This document shows, piece after piece, positions 1 through 13,392 of a stretch of 64,000 nt of DNA. The notes beneath the pieces are model-generated. The model was not told where the DNA came from and searched no databases. It was given only the letters and a program-made list of their open reading frames with translations. Origin of the DNA: Paraspadella gotoi (taxonomy: Eukaryota > Animalia > Chaetognatha); NCBI GenBank assembly GCA_051294375.1, contig CM119263.1, forward strand, positions 31,541,476 through 31,605,475. The letters are read 5' to 3'. The number at the start of each line of letters is the position of its first letter. Position 1 is the first letter of the stretch. The translations under genes were made by a program, and so were the position numbers.

Positions 1-961
1 CGAGCTTAATATTTCTAATTTTCGTTGGAAGAGAGAGATCGAATGGACGACCATTTTTCGGTACAGTAAACATTGCCAAGGTCTGAAATTCAGTACCGTA
101 AACATCGAATCGAGAAGAGAATTCGTTAAGAAAGCATCACAGTAAGAAAATGTTAAGGGCGAAAAAATAATTAAGGGCAAACTTGGAAAGAGTTGATGGA
201 AAGGATAAAGGAAGAAAAAAGAAGGAAAGAAAGGAAAAGATAGCAAGAATGAAAGAATAGAAAGATATTAAAATAGACAAAAAATAAGACGGAAAAATAA
301 AAGGTTGAAAGATAGAAAAGAGGAAAAAAAGTAGAAAAGCTTAAAAAAATAGGAAGATAGAAAAAATAGAAAAATAGGAAAAATAGGAAAGATAGAAAAA
401 TAGAAAAGATATAAAGAATATAAAGATAGAATCAGTTTATCTAAAAAAGTTTCACTCGATCTCGATTCTGTCTATCGATCGACTCTTCCTCGCTCCTTAT
501 CTCTTCCTTTCCCCTTCACTTTCTATTCTTCTTCTTCTTCCTCCTCCCCTTCTCTTTGCTCATCTCTTTCTCTTCTCGCCACAGTCGTTTCGGGCCTCCA
601 TTCAAATGTTTACCGAAGGAAAAGAATCGATTTTTTTAGGGGAAGATTTGGTGTAGAAGAACAGGGAAAGGAGGGAAAGGGAGAAGGGGAAGGGAAGAAA
701 GAGAGAGGAGAAAGGGGAGGGAGATGGGGGAGAGGGGAGAAGGGGGAGGGGACGGAGAGGGAGAAGGGTGAGGAGAAAAGGGGGAAATGGACCCTTTGAA
801 TAATAAACTGTTTATGAGTTATGAAAAGGTCAGCCAGATGAGAGATAAATTCTCAATCATTATGTCATTATTATTCTATCTAAATATCACAAATCATTAC
901 TACTACTAAACAATGTGAAAACCCGCAAAAAGAGAGTAATATTGTAACAGAACTCAAAGTA

Positions 962-2170
962 ATGAAACGTGAAATAATTTTACTACTATATGCAAATGAG
1001 GTTGACGAGTTCAATCTCATTATCAATATTCGAAGAATCTATCTCTTAGAGAGGAGAAGCGGAGGGAGAAGGGAGGAAGAGAGAGAAAAAGAGGAAGAGG
1101 AAGAAAGAAGAAAAAAAGGAAGAGGAGTCGGGGAAGGAGAAGGGAGGGAGAGGAAGAAAGAGAGAGAGAAGAAGAAGGAGACGGGAAAGGAGAAGGGGAG
1201 GAGAGAAGAAAGAGAGAGTAAAGAAGAAGGAGACGGGAAGGGAGAAGGGGAGGGAGAGGAAGAAGCAGAGAGTAAGGAGAAGGAGACGGGAAAGGGAGAA
1301 GGGGAGGGAGAGGAAGGAAGAGAGAGTAAAGAAGAGGAGACGGGGAAGGGAGAAGGGGAGGGAGAGGAAGAAAGAGAGAGTAAGGAAGAAGGAGACGGGA
1401 AAGGGAGAAGGGGAGGAGGGAGAGAAAGAAGAGAGAGTAAAGAAGAAGGAGACGGGAAAGGGAGAAGGGGAGGAAGAGGAAGAAAAGAGAGTAAAGAAGA
1501 AGGAGACGGGGAAGGGAGAAGGGGAGGAGAGGAAGAAAGAGAGAGTAAGGAAGAAGGAGACGGGAAGGGAGAAGGGGAGGGAGAGGAAGGAAGAGGGTAA
1601 AGAAGAAGGAACGGGGAAGGAGAAGGTGAGGGAGAGGAAAAAGAAGTAAGGAAAAGGAGACGGGAAAGGGAGAAGGGGAGGGAAGAGGAAGAAAGAGAGA
1701 GTAAAGAAGAAGGAGTCGGGAAAGGGAGAAGGGGAGGAGAGGAAGAAAGAGAGAGTAAGAAGAAGGAGACGGGAAAGGGAGAAGGGGAGGGAGAGAAAGA
1801 AAGAGAGAGTAAAGAAGAAGGATCGGAAAGGGAGAAGGGGAGGAAGAGGAAGAAAGAGAGAGTAAGAGAGGAGCCGGGAAAGGAAGAAGGGGAGGAAGAG
1901 GAAGAAAGAGAAGTAAAGAAGAAAGGAGACGGGGAAGGGAGAAGGGAGGGGAGAGAAGAAAGAGGAGAGTAAGAGAAGGAACGGGAAGGAGAAGGGGAGG
2001 AGAGGAAGAAAGAGAGAGTAAGAAAAGGAGACGGGGATGGCAAGAAGTGGAAGAGGAAAAAAAAGAGAGAGTAAAAACAGAGTAAGATTATTAAAGATCC
2101 AGAGAGGATGAATGAAAAGACTAGTAAAGAGAAAGAAAGAGAAAGAAAAATAGATAAAAAAAAGAGGAGT
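962..2170. repeat. Purine-rich (G/A) minisatellite, ~55-60 bp degenerate unit
   Basis: Recurrent unit like GAAGGAGACGGGGAAGGGAGAAGGGGAGGGAGAGGAAGAAAGAGAGAGTAAAGAA; explains the E/G/R/K- and S/P/L-rich ORFs here. Confidence 0.9.
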
Positions 2171-5100
2171 AAATATCTCAGCTCCATGTTTAAAACTCCA
2201 TGGATCTCATTTCCACCTTGGATTCAATTTCAAGCGTCGATCTTTTAACTTATATCTACCATAAAAAAGATAATACTATTATTGATAGATCTATCAATGT
2301 TAAAGATTTGAATTTATTATATTTTTTTAACCATAACTCGCTTGAAAAAACTGCGATAGATTCACAAGATTGTTTTTTTCTGTCGCTGAATCTCTATCTC
2401 TCTCTTACTTTCTTTCCCCTAACACTCCCCACTCTCTCTCTTCTCTCTCTCTCTCTCTCCTCTCTTTCTCTCTCTCTCCCTCCACCCCGTTTTTTTGTTT
2501 CATTTCTAGAACAACCTTGTAGAACATGCCCACATTGTTTTTAAATCAAGTTCTACCTTTTTAATATATTGTTTTAACTTTTAAATACAACGCGGTTTTG
2601 AGGTAGTAACAATGTTTTTTTTGGATTGTGCTCGTTTAAAAATGATCCTCAACAGTGTTGTTGTTGAGTGTAGTGATCTGAGTAATGTTGTTTTATAACT
2701 ATTTTAAAATGCCAGATGATTTCTTTATTCTTTCTCAACATTCATCGAATTTTTTTTCGTGAAAAAAAAAGAAAATATTACGAACGTGAAACGCGTACGA
2801 TTAAAAAAAATATTAACAAAATTAAAAATGAATTAAAAAAACAAGTTTCACGGAAATTTGAATTGAAAAAATCCTTCGCCACAAAAACGAATTCGATTCT
2901 GGAAAGAAATAAAAAAAAATACTAGTTTACTCTTTGCAATTAACTTAATAAAGTGAATGGAAATATTTGGCAGAATCTTTTAAGATTAGCTTTACCCTCG
3001 CTGTTTAAAAGTTGAATGGAGAAAAAGCGGACAGGAAAAAATGTAATATTAAGTAGAATTCCTCCATATAATTTTTAAATTTGTCAGAACGTTTTTCTCT
3101 TTTTTTTTCCATATTTTTTTGACACGTCTAAACGTTTCTCTGATTACTCAAATTTCATGAAAAAATAAAAAATTATAGTACCAATAGTTAGTGTTATGTC
3201 TCGAATAGATGGAAAAAAAACCTCGTTTAAAAATTCGATCGGGAAGTGGGGTAACTAAGGCTTACCAATAGCATCCTCCACGCCAATCGTTCTCTCAAAT
3301 ATTTTTTTATTTAATACATTTGAAAGGGAAAAAAGAAAATTCAGAATGCAGGTTGCAGAAAGGGTACAGATAATATGGACATACTGACATGATAATCATG
3401 ACCTTTTATGTCTTGTGAAAGGGGGCAGTAAAGAAACCTAAAAAATTCGATCATTAAGTCAGTCAATGAACCTTTCCAATGGGCTATTCCGCGAAAAAAT
3501 TTTTCTTAATTTAAACGGATGATAAGTAATAGAATTAAATTCCTTGTATAAAGGTTGTTATATTTAAAAGAAAATTTATCAATACAAATAAACACAATGA
3601 TGTCTTGCTTTGTCAAATATGTGACCAGCTATGTAATTTTTTAAATTTTATTATGATAAACAAGCAGCGTGTCAAGCTTTTTGTTTGCAGTTGAAGATAA
3701 TGGAAAATGACAATTTTTTTTTCACGGACAAGAAGGTAGATGTCCAGACTCTTTATATCAATACTGAAAATATTTTTGTATTTATCATTTTTCATATTTA
3801 AAAAAACATTTCATCCAGCTACTCATAAATTTTTGCTTGTTTTTTACTTTAACTAAAAAATCAAGCAAATTTATAGAGTAGAGCAAATTTAATGATAATC
3901 AAAATGTAATTTAGTCTTTCCTTTTTAAATCATTACGAAAGAAGCAAAAAAATTTCACAAGCCTTCATTGAAATTTTTAATGCAAAAAACTGTTATACCT
4001 TTTAACTCCGATTTAAATAAAAGCTGTGTAAAGATTTATGGATAAATTTAATAAAACTATTTCAGAGAGGTGTCCATGATTAGGGCTTTAAATTTAATAC
4101 CTCACCCACTTTCCTACCTCTTTCTTTCCAAAGTTATCAAGAAAATAACTTTTTTACCGTGAGAGAACTAAGGATTTGAACTACGCAGTACAAATCTTTG
4201 TTAAATAAAAATTTCGGCAAAGCGGGAGTATCTCAATTTATCCTATTAGTACAATACCTAAATTTTAAAATAAAACTTAAAGAAAATTTTCCGTCCTCTA
4301 GAGACATATCACTTTCAGGTTTACCTATCGTCTTACACATTTAAGGATTATGCTGGAAGAAATCAGCAAAACGTTTTCCTCTTTTTTAAATAGTTTGTAC
4401 TAGCGCGTCAGAAATCTAAGAAGAAACTCGAAAATTTTATTCTGACAAATTTTGCCTTTCAAGGCTGACGTTTATGACTATATCTCGGAAACCATTGTAG
4501 GAATTTAAAAACGGTTTTTTGCAAGTGAACATTGATATCATCCTCCAGGGACCGGCATAAAAATATATAAAAAAATAAACTAATATTGGCTCTCGAGTGA
4601 GGTATCTAAATTAAGAAAAAAAATTATACAGAAGAAAAGGAAAGAAGATATAAAAAAGGAAAATAGAAATGAAACAAGAAAAGGAGAGATAAGATGAGTT
4701 TGGGATATAGAAATTAAAGAAAAAAAGAGAAAAGAAAGGAAAATAGAAATGATACAAGAAAAGGAGAGATGAGATTTGGGAAAGAAATTAAAAGAAAATA
4801 GAGAGAAGAAAGGAAATAGAAAATGATACAAGAAAAGGTGAGATAAGATGATTTAGGGATAGAGAAGTGTTTGTGCTTCGAGCTTAATATTTCTAATTTT
4901 CGTTGGCTGACTTTGGTTTCGAGATAGACGATACAGAATTTGGAACGCGTTGGTAAATTTATTCTTTCACAATTAAAAATGGCGACGCGAAATTAACGAG
5001 TTTTAAAAAAAGATAAAACGTGAGGTTAAAACGAGCTTAAAATATAAACCACCAATATATGGTTAAAAACGTATACGTCCGGGGCTCTCGAAGCAACTCA

Positions 5101-6267
5101 ATTTTGCCTCCCGCACGTTCTAAAAGTAAAAAATAATCATGATATCGTCTTCACATTCGATATTTTTCTTCGCGTAAAACGGGCGAGGCACGACGCGGAT
5201 CTCTCCCGTCTCGGGTCCGACGGCCACGGTCGTGTCAAGTCATGACCGGCGTAACAANNNNNNNNNNNNNNNNNNNNNNNNNGAAGTTAGAAGATAATAG
5301 AGAAAAGAAAGGAGGAGAATAGAAAATAAAAGGTAAGAAACTTTTATGGTAGAGAGGGGAGAGAATAGAGGAGATGAAAGAAAGAAAAGACGAGAAGAAG
5401 AGAGAAGTAAAGGAAAGAGAAGAGAAGAGAGTCGCCATCACATCGGATTCCGTTTGATCTGTTTGATCACAATCTCCGCCCAAAACCAATTTGAGTCGAT
5501 TTGAGAGCGAGAGGAAGGAGAGGGAGAGAGAGAGAAGAGAAGAAGAGCGGAAGGAAAGGAGAGGGAGAGAAGAGAAGAGAGGAAGAAAAAGTGAGAGATA
5601 GAGAGAGAAGAGAATAGAGGGAGGGAAGGAGAAGGAGAGAGAGAGAAGTGAAGAGAAGAAAGGGAGGAAAGGGGAGTGATATAGAAGTGGATTAAAGAGA
5701 GGATAGAGGTAGGATAGTGATAAGAGAAAAAAAATGAAAAGAGAAGACAGATAGGAGAAAAAAAAAGAATTAAGGAAGGAAAAGAAATGAGAAGGAGAAA
5801 AGAGAGAGGAAAGCGTCAAGAGAAGTAGGATTAAGACAAGTAAAAGAGAAAGGAGAGAGGAAAGAGTCAATAGAAGTAGATTAAGACAAGAGAGGAAAGA
5901 GAGAGGAAAGAGTCAAGAGAAATAGGATTAAGACAAGTAAGAGAGAAAAAGAGAGGAAAGAGTCAAGAGAAGTAGGATTAAGACAAGTAAAAGACAAAGG
6001 AGATAGGAAAGAGTCAATAGAAGTAGATTAAGACAAGAGAGAAAAGAGAGAGGTAGGATTAAGATGAGAGAGGGAGAGAGAAAAGAAAGGAAGAGGAATA
6101 GGAGCAGAAAGGAGTGAATGAGAGAGGGAGAGAGAAAAGAAAGGAAGAAGAATAGGAGCAGAAAGGAGTGAATGAGAGAGAGAGACCCATTTAAGTAGAT
6201 AATAGAGCAAACATGAATCTTGGGGTCAAAAACCGATATTGGGGAAAAGGGTCCGTCACGTGATCAC

Positions 6268-6342
<75 letters not shown>

Positions 6343-6791
6343 AACATTTTCTTGCGCAACAAACAACCTCAATTTTTTTAGAGAATTTGATTTTGTCCCG
6401 AGGATAAAATTCGATCTTTCGATTTTGTGGATCGAATCTCATTTTATGCAGAATGTTGTTGTTGTTGTTGTTGGCGATGATAAGGATCAGGATAACGATC
6501 ATGAGGATGATGATGATGATGATCATGACGTAGACGCTGAAGACGATTTCGACTTTTTCTTGAGAAAAAAAATATCAGATGGAAAAAAAAGTTTTTAAAT
6601 CAGAAGAGAATTTTCCTCGATTTTCAATCTAAGATTCTGGATTTATTTGAAAACCCCGATTCTTGATTCTTGGGCTCTCTTTTTTCATAGCAACCCATTT
6701 GTTTCTTTATCCGATAATTTAATTTTAATTTTAACATTCGATACATTAAACAAAGTTTGAAAAATAATTTCATCAACAATTTTATTTATAT

Positions 6792-6835
6792 ACGGACAAG
6801 TTTCGACTCTTTATTTTTCGAGTCTTCATCAGCGT
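6792..6835 (-). ncRNA. Minimal type I hammerhead ribozyme motif (Penelope-like element type)
   Basis: Minus strand reads ACG-CTGATGA-A-GACTC-gaaaaataaa-GAGTC-GAAA-CTTG-TC-CGT: core CUGAUGA/GAAA, 5-bp stem II, minimal stem III, GUC cleavage triplet, stem I ACG/CGT. Confidence 0.7.
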
Positions 6836-6866
6836 TAATGATGCATTTACAAATTTGTGTAAAAGA

Positions 6867-6902
<36 letters not shown>

Positions 6903-7002
6903 CAAAAAGTTTCCAACACAGAGATAGTGGTTAAAGTATGAGTACAGTTTAAGTTGAGGACAGATCAGTTGTGAAAATAAGTGAAATGGTCAATTGGTGA
7001 AG

Positions 7003-7054
<52 letters not shown>

Positions 7055-7667
7055 GAGAGAGACAAAATAATACATTGTGCAAGGTACAACAAGGAATAAG
7101 TTTAAACTAATAGTGAATTTAACAATTAATCTAATATTATATTATTTTTCAAACTTTGTTTAAATCTCTACACTAAACGAAGCTGAAAGGATTAATACAA
7201 TGGCTAACATTCGATACATAATTTGATTTATAACCCAATCCTTATTCCTAATCTCGAACCTTTTCCTAATCTTTCACCCTATTTCTCAACGTTTTGCCTT
7301 AATATCTAACCTTAAACTCTTTTCCCTCACCTTAAACTCTAACCCTAACTTCCAACCAAATCTTTAACTCATAAAATTAACTTTATTAGTTTTAGATGAA
7401 ATGGGTCGTAATGGGAAAAAAAGGCCGATTCATTATTCTTGACCCACAGGATCGAAAAAAAAACCCAACTTTTCATCAATGTTTTAAAAAAAGTCTTTTT
7501 CTTCAAACTGCGGATTTTTTTCTCCAAACAAAAGCAAAAAATCTTTTCTTTAAAAAAATAAAGAAAAAAAACTTTGGAATCGAACGAAAGAAAATTTGAG
7601 TGAAAAACTAATTCGTTTTTGTAGCGAAAATCAAAAATCAAAGCAAAAGTCTAAAACTGAAGACATC

Positions 7668-10600
7668 ATGCCGGTAAGACAATCGGTCAATCAGTCGATC
7701 AGTCAATCAGAGTTGACAAACTTTAATCGATGGACGTTTAAATTTTCAGTTCTATGTCCTCCCAAAAAACGCCACATATCTTACGCTTAATTCTAATCCG
7801 TAATTCGGAGAAAATATTATCTTTAAAATCAGGGTTACGGCGTAACCCTGATTTTAAAGATAATCTTTTCTCCGAATTCAAAATCCTAACCCCCAATTGG
7901 CTCTTTATTCTAAAATTCCAAACCCAATTCTCTAACCATAACCTCTAAAATAATTTTTAAACCTAAAAAATAACTTAATTACCAATTGAACATGAATTAA
8001 CGCGTTTATTCAAATATTCCAATATACCAATAGGTAAGAGAGGGATTAAGTTCATATCTTATGAATACAATACATTTTCTGTTTACAAAAGGATTTAACG
8101 ACAGAACCGTTCAATATAAGCAGTCCCTGAGCTTCGGATAAGACTGTGATAGAGGCGGATTAAGCGCCCCGTCCCTCTTAACTGTTTGGCGACCACCGGG
8201 TTAGAACTTCAGACCTTTGGGTTGGGAGGCGAATGACTTGCCTCCGGCACCAATAACCGCTGATACCATACATGTTTAATTGTTTATAACTTCATATCAG
8301 ATAAATATTTAAAAAAATCCCTAATATTTAATCCCGTAAATCATTTTAATTTTAAACCATTTTTTTCGCCATCATTTTCCATTTCGTCTTTTTCCACATC
8401 ATCTTTATCAGTCCATCTTTTATCCAGCATTTCCATCTGCCCATCATTTCTCCAGCATCTTCGATCTCTTACGATTTCAGTTAATGAAGGTTTTCATTGT
8501 TTTTCTTTTTTTTTCGTCTTTGAAAATCTGGAGAAAACAGATAATTTCGTCGTCGTCGTCTCCATCGTCGTCGTCGTCGTCTCCATCGTCGTCGTCTGTC
8601 GTCGTCGTCTTCGTCGTCGTCGTGGACAAAAGGCCTGAGAGTCGGAATGTCGTCCATGAAACACTTTGTCCCTCTGTCCGTCTCTTGTTATGTATTTCAA
8701 ACAATGTACAAACATATTTTTCGAAGATGATCAACGCCACCCACACACAAGATGTCATTCCAATCCAACCATCCAATCACGAGTAATTAGAGATTATTAA
8801 TAAGACAGGCAGACGGACAGACATTTTTTTGTGCATAATTTATCATAATTCGAGGTTCTGTTATGATAAAAATGATTTACCGACAAAATTCTGGGGTGGG
8901 ACCGACAAAGTGAATTATAGTCGGAATCTACTGATAAGCAGATCCGACTAAAAATGGATATGGGTTAACTTCAATTATAACTGATAAATAATTTGGATTG
9001 TATTTTAATTAGAAATAGTTAATAAATAATGCTAATGGCTAATTTTTCATTTTTGCTTTTGGCACGATTATATTGGTTAAAAATAGTTATATGACTTCAT
9101 CTTTGCTTCATTGTTTTGTTTTTAAATTCCTAATAAGAAAAAAATTACAATGCATGACGTTACACTAAACTTTGCATATCTTTTACAATGATTGCTCGAC
9201 TACGATTCCACAAGATCATGCACCGATGCTCAATTTATATTGCAAACAGGTATTCTTAAATCAAACACTTGTTACTTTTTCAAAATGATGATATTGTATT
9301 CATTCCACTTTATTTTTGTCGGTTTTAGATTTTTATAATTTTGGTATTGTTTTAGTTGAGATTTGTTATGATCTTTGCTGGTGATAATTAATAGTTTTAA
9401 TACTTGCCAATGAATATACATATTTGCGCGTTATGTTACTTGTTAGTATGAAAAATAGAAAGAATATTCCGAAAAAAAACTTTAAGATTTCATTAGGTTA
9501 CAGTTAAAATATAAATATTAATATACAAGGTTTAAGTCTTCTTTTTTGTTCTTTTCTGTTTTTAAATTTGATTTAAAAAATTCGACTTCAATTCAAGCAG
9601 CAAAAAAAAAAACATCCAATGCAAGCAAAGCAACCGAGTGCAAGCATTGTGCTTGTGGAATTTTTAGTTTGCGGTTTTTGACCAGAAATCAAAGAAAGTC
9701 GCAGAGACTAAGAGCCGCCTCGCCAGAGAGAGAGAGAGAAAGAGGGAAAGAGATAGAGAGCTAGAGAGAGAGACCGAGACAGAGAGAGAGGGAAAGAGAT
9801 AGAGAGCAAGAGAGAGAAACAGACAGAGAGAGGGATAATATTTTTTGTGACTCTCTCGGACGCGAATTTGTTAGATTACTAACATCACTTAACTTACCTT
9901 ACATTTCACTTCACTCACCGACCTCCCCTGCAGCAAGAACAATTGTAGCATCAGCAGAAGGAGCAGCAGCATTAATGACATTAATAACAAATTACGATAA
10001 TGAAGTTAAAAATACTAACATAACAACAGCAACAAGAATATTTTTTTTCTTTCAATTCAGGCGACACGTGACCCGGAATTGGAACAAGAGGTTCTTGATT
10101 GGATCGCCGCACTGATTGGCGAGACCAAACCGCCCAAGGTACGCAGTTATTTTTAATATATGCAAGCCCTTGAATAATAGTTATTGATGAGAAATTGATT
10201 TGGTCTTTGAATGACAATAACAGGAAAACAAAACAAATTAATTCTGGAGATAACATGCTTTTATTTGTTTATTTATTTTTTAATTTAGCTAAAAAACCAA
10301 ATAATTATGAAGATAACATGGTTTTATTAGTTTATTTATTTTTAAATTATACTAAAAAACCAAAATAATTCTGAAGATAACATGATTTTATTTATTTATT
10401 TATTTATTTTTCAATCTAACTCAAAAAACAAAATAATTCTGAAGATAACATGATTTTATTTATTTATTTATTTATTTTTTAATGTAACAGGGAAAATAAA
10501 ATAATTCTGAAGATAACATGATTTTATTTATTTATTTTTTAATTTAGCTCAAAAAACAAATAATTCCTGAGATAACATTTTAAATAATATGTTATCTCCA

Positions 10601-11759
10601 GATTTATTTTGTTTTATTTTCTTGTTATTAACATGTAAAGACCAAATCAATTTCTAATTTTTCATATTTATTGTGACTCGGTGGCTGAAACTGATTATTA
10701 TAATTAATTTAAATAGGTTTTTCATTAGGTTTAGCATATACTCACTTTAACCACTTTTACAAAACAAATAGATTTCTCAAAAAGTGCCAAAAAACGATTG
10801 TTGTTAGTTGTTAGTTTAATATATAAACTCGGTTTTATATTCTTTTTATTTCATTTTTATCACTCTTTTATTTACTTATATATTGCAGTTTTATCTCTAT
10901 TTTAACTGTTTTATTTTTTATATTTTATACAATAATCTGTTTATTCTTAATTTAATCTCAGTTTTATCTTAATTGAATTTCCGTTTTATCTTAATTTTAC
11001 CTCCACTTTATCTCATTTTAACCTCATTTCCATCCCTTAAATTCAACGAACCCACACAGGAGACCTACGAGGACTACCTCCGCGACGGACTAGTCCTCTG
11101 CAAACTAATCAACAAACTGGCGCCCGGTTCGGTCAAGCGGACAGCGAAGAAAGGCTCGGGCAACTTTGCTCTTATGGAGAACATCGCTGCCTTTCAAAAA
11201 GGGGTCAAGGTGGTCCATGGGGTCGAGAGTGGGTCAGGGAGTGGTAGTGGGTCATAGTGCCGAGATTGGGTCATAGAGAATATCGGGAGGTTAAACTTTA
11301 CCAGGAATGCCTTTTTCTTTAACAGGCCTACGGAGTTCCTGACGAGGAAATCTTTCAAACTTGCGATTTGTTTGAGAGAAGAAACATTCCTCAGGTCACC
11401 ATGTCTATTTTGGCTCTTGGTAGAGAGGTAATAGACTAAGTTATCTTGTGAACCCTGGCAGTAGCTAGGTGGCTAATGAACATTCTTTTGAGTTGCCTCA
11501 CCAATTCTGAAGAAGGCACTAGAGTTCACTGATATTCTCAGGGTGGCCAGGCCTTTTTATGATATTAATTTATAAGGTGTAATTTTTTTTCAAATTAGTT
11601 TTAGGATTAATGTTATTCATGTTTGTTTATGAGATATAACTATGCAATTTGATTTGAATTTAGCGGCCCAAACGGTATAATTTTTTTAGCAATATTACCA
11701 AAATATAATACCTAAACAAAAAGTAAACTTTTTTCTTTCTCTGTTCTTATCTCTCCCTC

Positions 11760-11799
<40 letters not shown>

Positions 11800-12007
11800 C
11801 CTCCCCCTCTACCCCTCTCCCCAGACCCAAAAACACCCCGATTACACTGGACCCCAAATCGGACCCAAAATCGCGGAAGAAAACAAAAGGGAATTCAGTC
11901 AAGAACAACTCGACGCCGGGAAACACATCGTCAACGCCGTTCAGATGGGATACGCGGGCGGCGCTAATCAGAGCGGCGTTAATATTGGCAACACTCGACA
12001 CATGTGA
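7668..12007 (+). CDS. Myophilin / muscle protein 20-like (calponin-transgelin family; CH domain plus one calponin repeat), 5 coding exons
   Basis: Exons 7668-7673 (ATGCCG|gtaag), 10061-10138, 11060-11209, 11326-11427, 11825-12007, all GT-AG and in frame: MPATRDPELEQEVLDWI...YEDYLRDGLVLCKLINKLAPGSV...MENIAAFQKGVKAYGVPDEEIFQTCDLFERRNIPQV...QMGYAGGANQSGVNIGNTRHM*. The first exon is the least certain. Confidence 0.93.
7802..7878. repeat. Near-perfect 77-bp palindrome (38-bp arms, 1-nt centre)
   Basis: AATTCGGAGAAAATATTATCTTTAAAATCAGGGTTACG-G-CGTAACCCTGATTTTAAAGATAATCTTTTCTCCGAATT, one mismatch. Confidence 0.95.
8100..8264 (-). mobile_element. Diverged copy of the tRNA-Gly-core repeat
   Basis: Reverse complement of most of 19161-19388. 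Confidence 0.85.
10238..10580. repeat. ~60-bp intronic minisatellite (AATAATTCTGAAGATAACATGATTTTATTTATT...), about 6 units
   Basis: Direct repeats visible in myophilin intron 2. Confidence 0.85.
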
Positions 12008-13392
12008 AGTCTGCGGCGCTGAGGCAAGGGAGATGGCGGTGCCAAGGAATTAAAAAATGGCACCGCGAAAAGATAAAAAAATAAAAAGATTGTATGGATT
12101 TTAAAAGGGAAAGAAATGGTTTAGTAAAATATATATAAATAAGTAGGTTGTTATATTAATATTAATATTTAACCTTTTTTTGAACATACAACCTAATTCT
12201 TAATCCTAATCCTTAACTCTAATTTAATCCACAACCCTAGCCTTAAACCTAAATTACTAATCTTTAACCCTAACTTTAAAAGCTAAACCCTAACCCTTAT
12301 TCTAAGCTTTAACCTTATTTTTAAACTTAATTCCTTGTAGGAAAATAAGGCCGACTTTTTTTTTAGAGAAGGGAAATCAACTTTGAAATTGATTTACAAA
12401 AGTGAGACGCGCTTCAGTACTTGCGATTGTGACACCGTGATTAAGTCACGTGACATCAGACAACAGAAAATTACTTTGTGTGGCACTTAATAAAGTCATT
12501 TTTAAAACATTCAAACAATCAAAAACAAGCAATGTATTCTCAACAATAAAAAATAGCAATGTTTGAACGTATTATCGCACCGTGTATTCGTTATTAATTT
12601 ATTCAAATCCCCCGAGTGACTTTGATTTGTTCGTGTTTTAAAAAAAAACTTAAAATGCAATATTCTGGTAATTTTTTTTATTATATCAAGAGGTTAAATA
12701 GGACACGTATCACAGGACATAGTACACCTGGACAAAGTATATTACTAGCAAGTTTGCGTGAAATCTCAAGAGAGAGATTAATAGATACAATTCAGATGTG
12801 AAAATGCAGAAAAAAATTTTGGAGGTTAGATATTTAATAATTATAATTGTATTAATAATCTTACAGGATCATAAATGAATATTTGATAGTCATTAAAATT
12901 TACAAGTTCGATTCATTTCAAGTCTTATGAGATTTTATCTTTTGTTTTTTTTTTTTAATTCTGAAAAAGCGACATCTTTCGATCTGAGCTGAAAAAAATC
13001 CCGTTGATAGCTTTTGTTTTTAAAGAGTTTGGATTCTCTGTTTCTCTTTTTCACTTTTCTTTACTTCATCAAAACTTCTCTTTGTGTGTCTTACATAAGC
13101 TTCTCTTCTCTTTTTCTCTTCTTTTCTTTTTTCTTTTCTCTTTTTCTTTTTTCTTCTCTTTTTCTCTTCTCTTCTCTTCTCTTTTCTATCCTTTGCTACC
13201 ATGAACCTGCAACCCCTCTAATCTTTTTGCTATTCCCTCTCTTTCTGTCTTTCTCCCTCTAAGCATGCTTTCTCATTCTCTCTCCCTCCATCTCTCTCTC
13301 CCGCTCTCCCTCCCTCTCTCTCCCGCTCTCCCTCCCTCTCTCTCTCCCGCTCTCTCTCCCTCTCTCTCCCCCCTCTCCCTCTCTTTCTCTCT

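Noticed and set aside
962-2187. 212-aa and 382-aa ORFs (and similar ones at 5235, 13460, 17861, 21784, 50074)
   Set aside because: Translations of GA/CT low-complexity tracts with no domain signal.
4870-5510. Possible exons in GC-richer patches (28-bp match to positions 1-28)
   Set aside because: No consistent splice/frame model or recognisable protein; interrupted by an N gap.
12445-12454. CLEAR/E-box GTCACGTGAC (also CACGTGATCACGT near 6257)
   Set aside because: The 12445 site lies between two convergent 3' ends, and short palindromes occur by chance; no linked promoter evidence.
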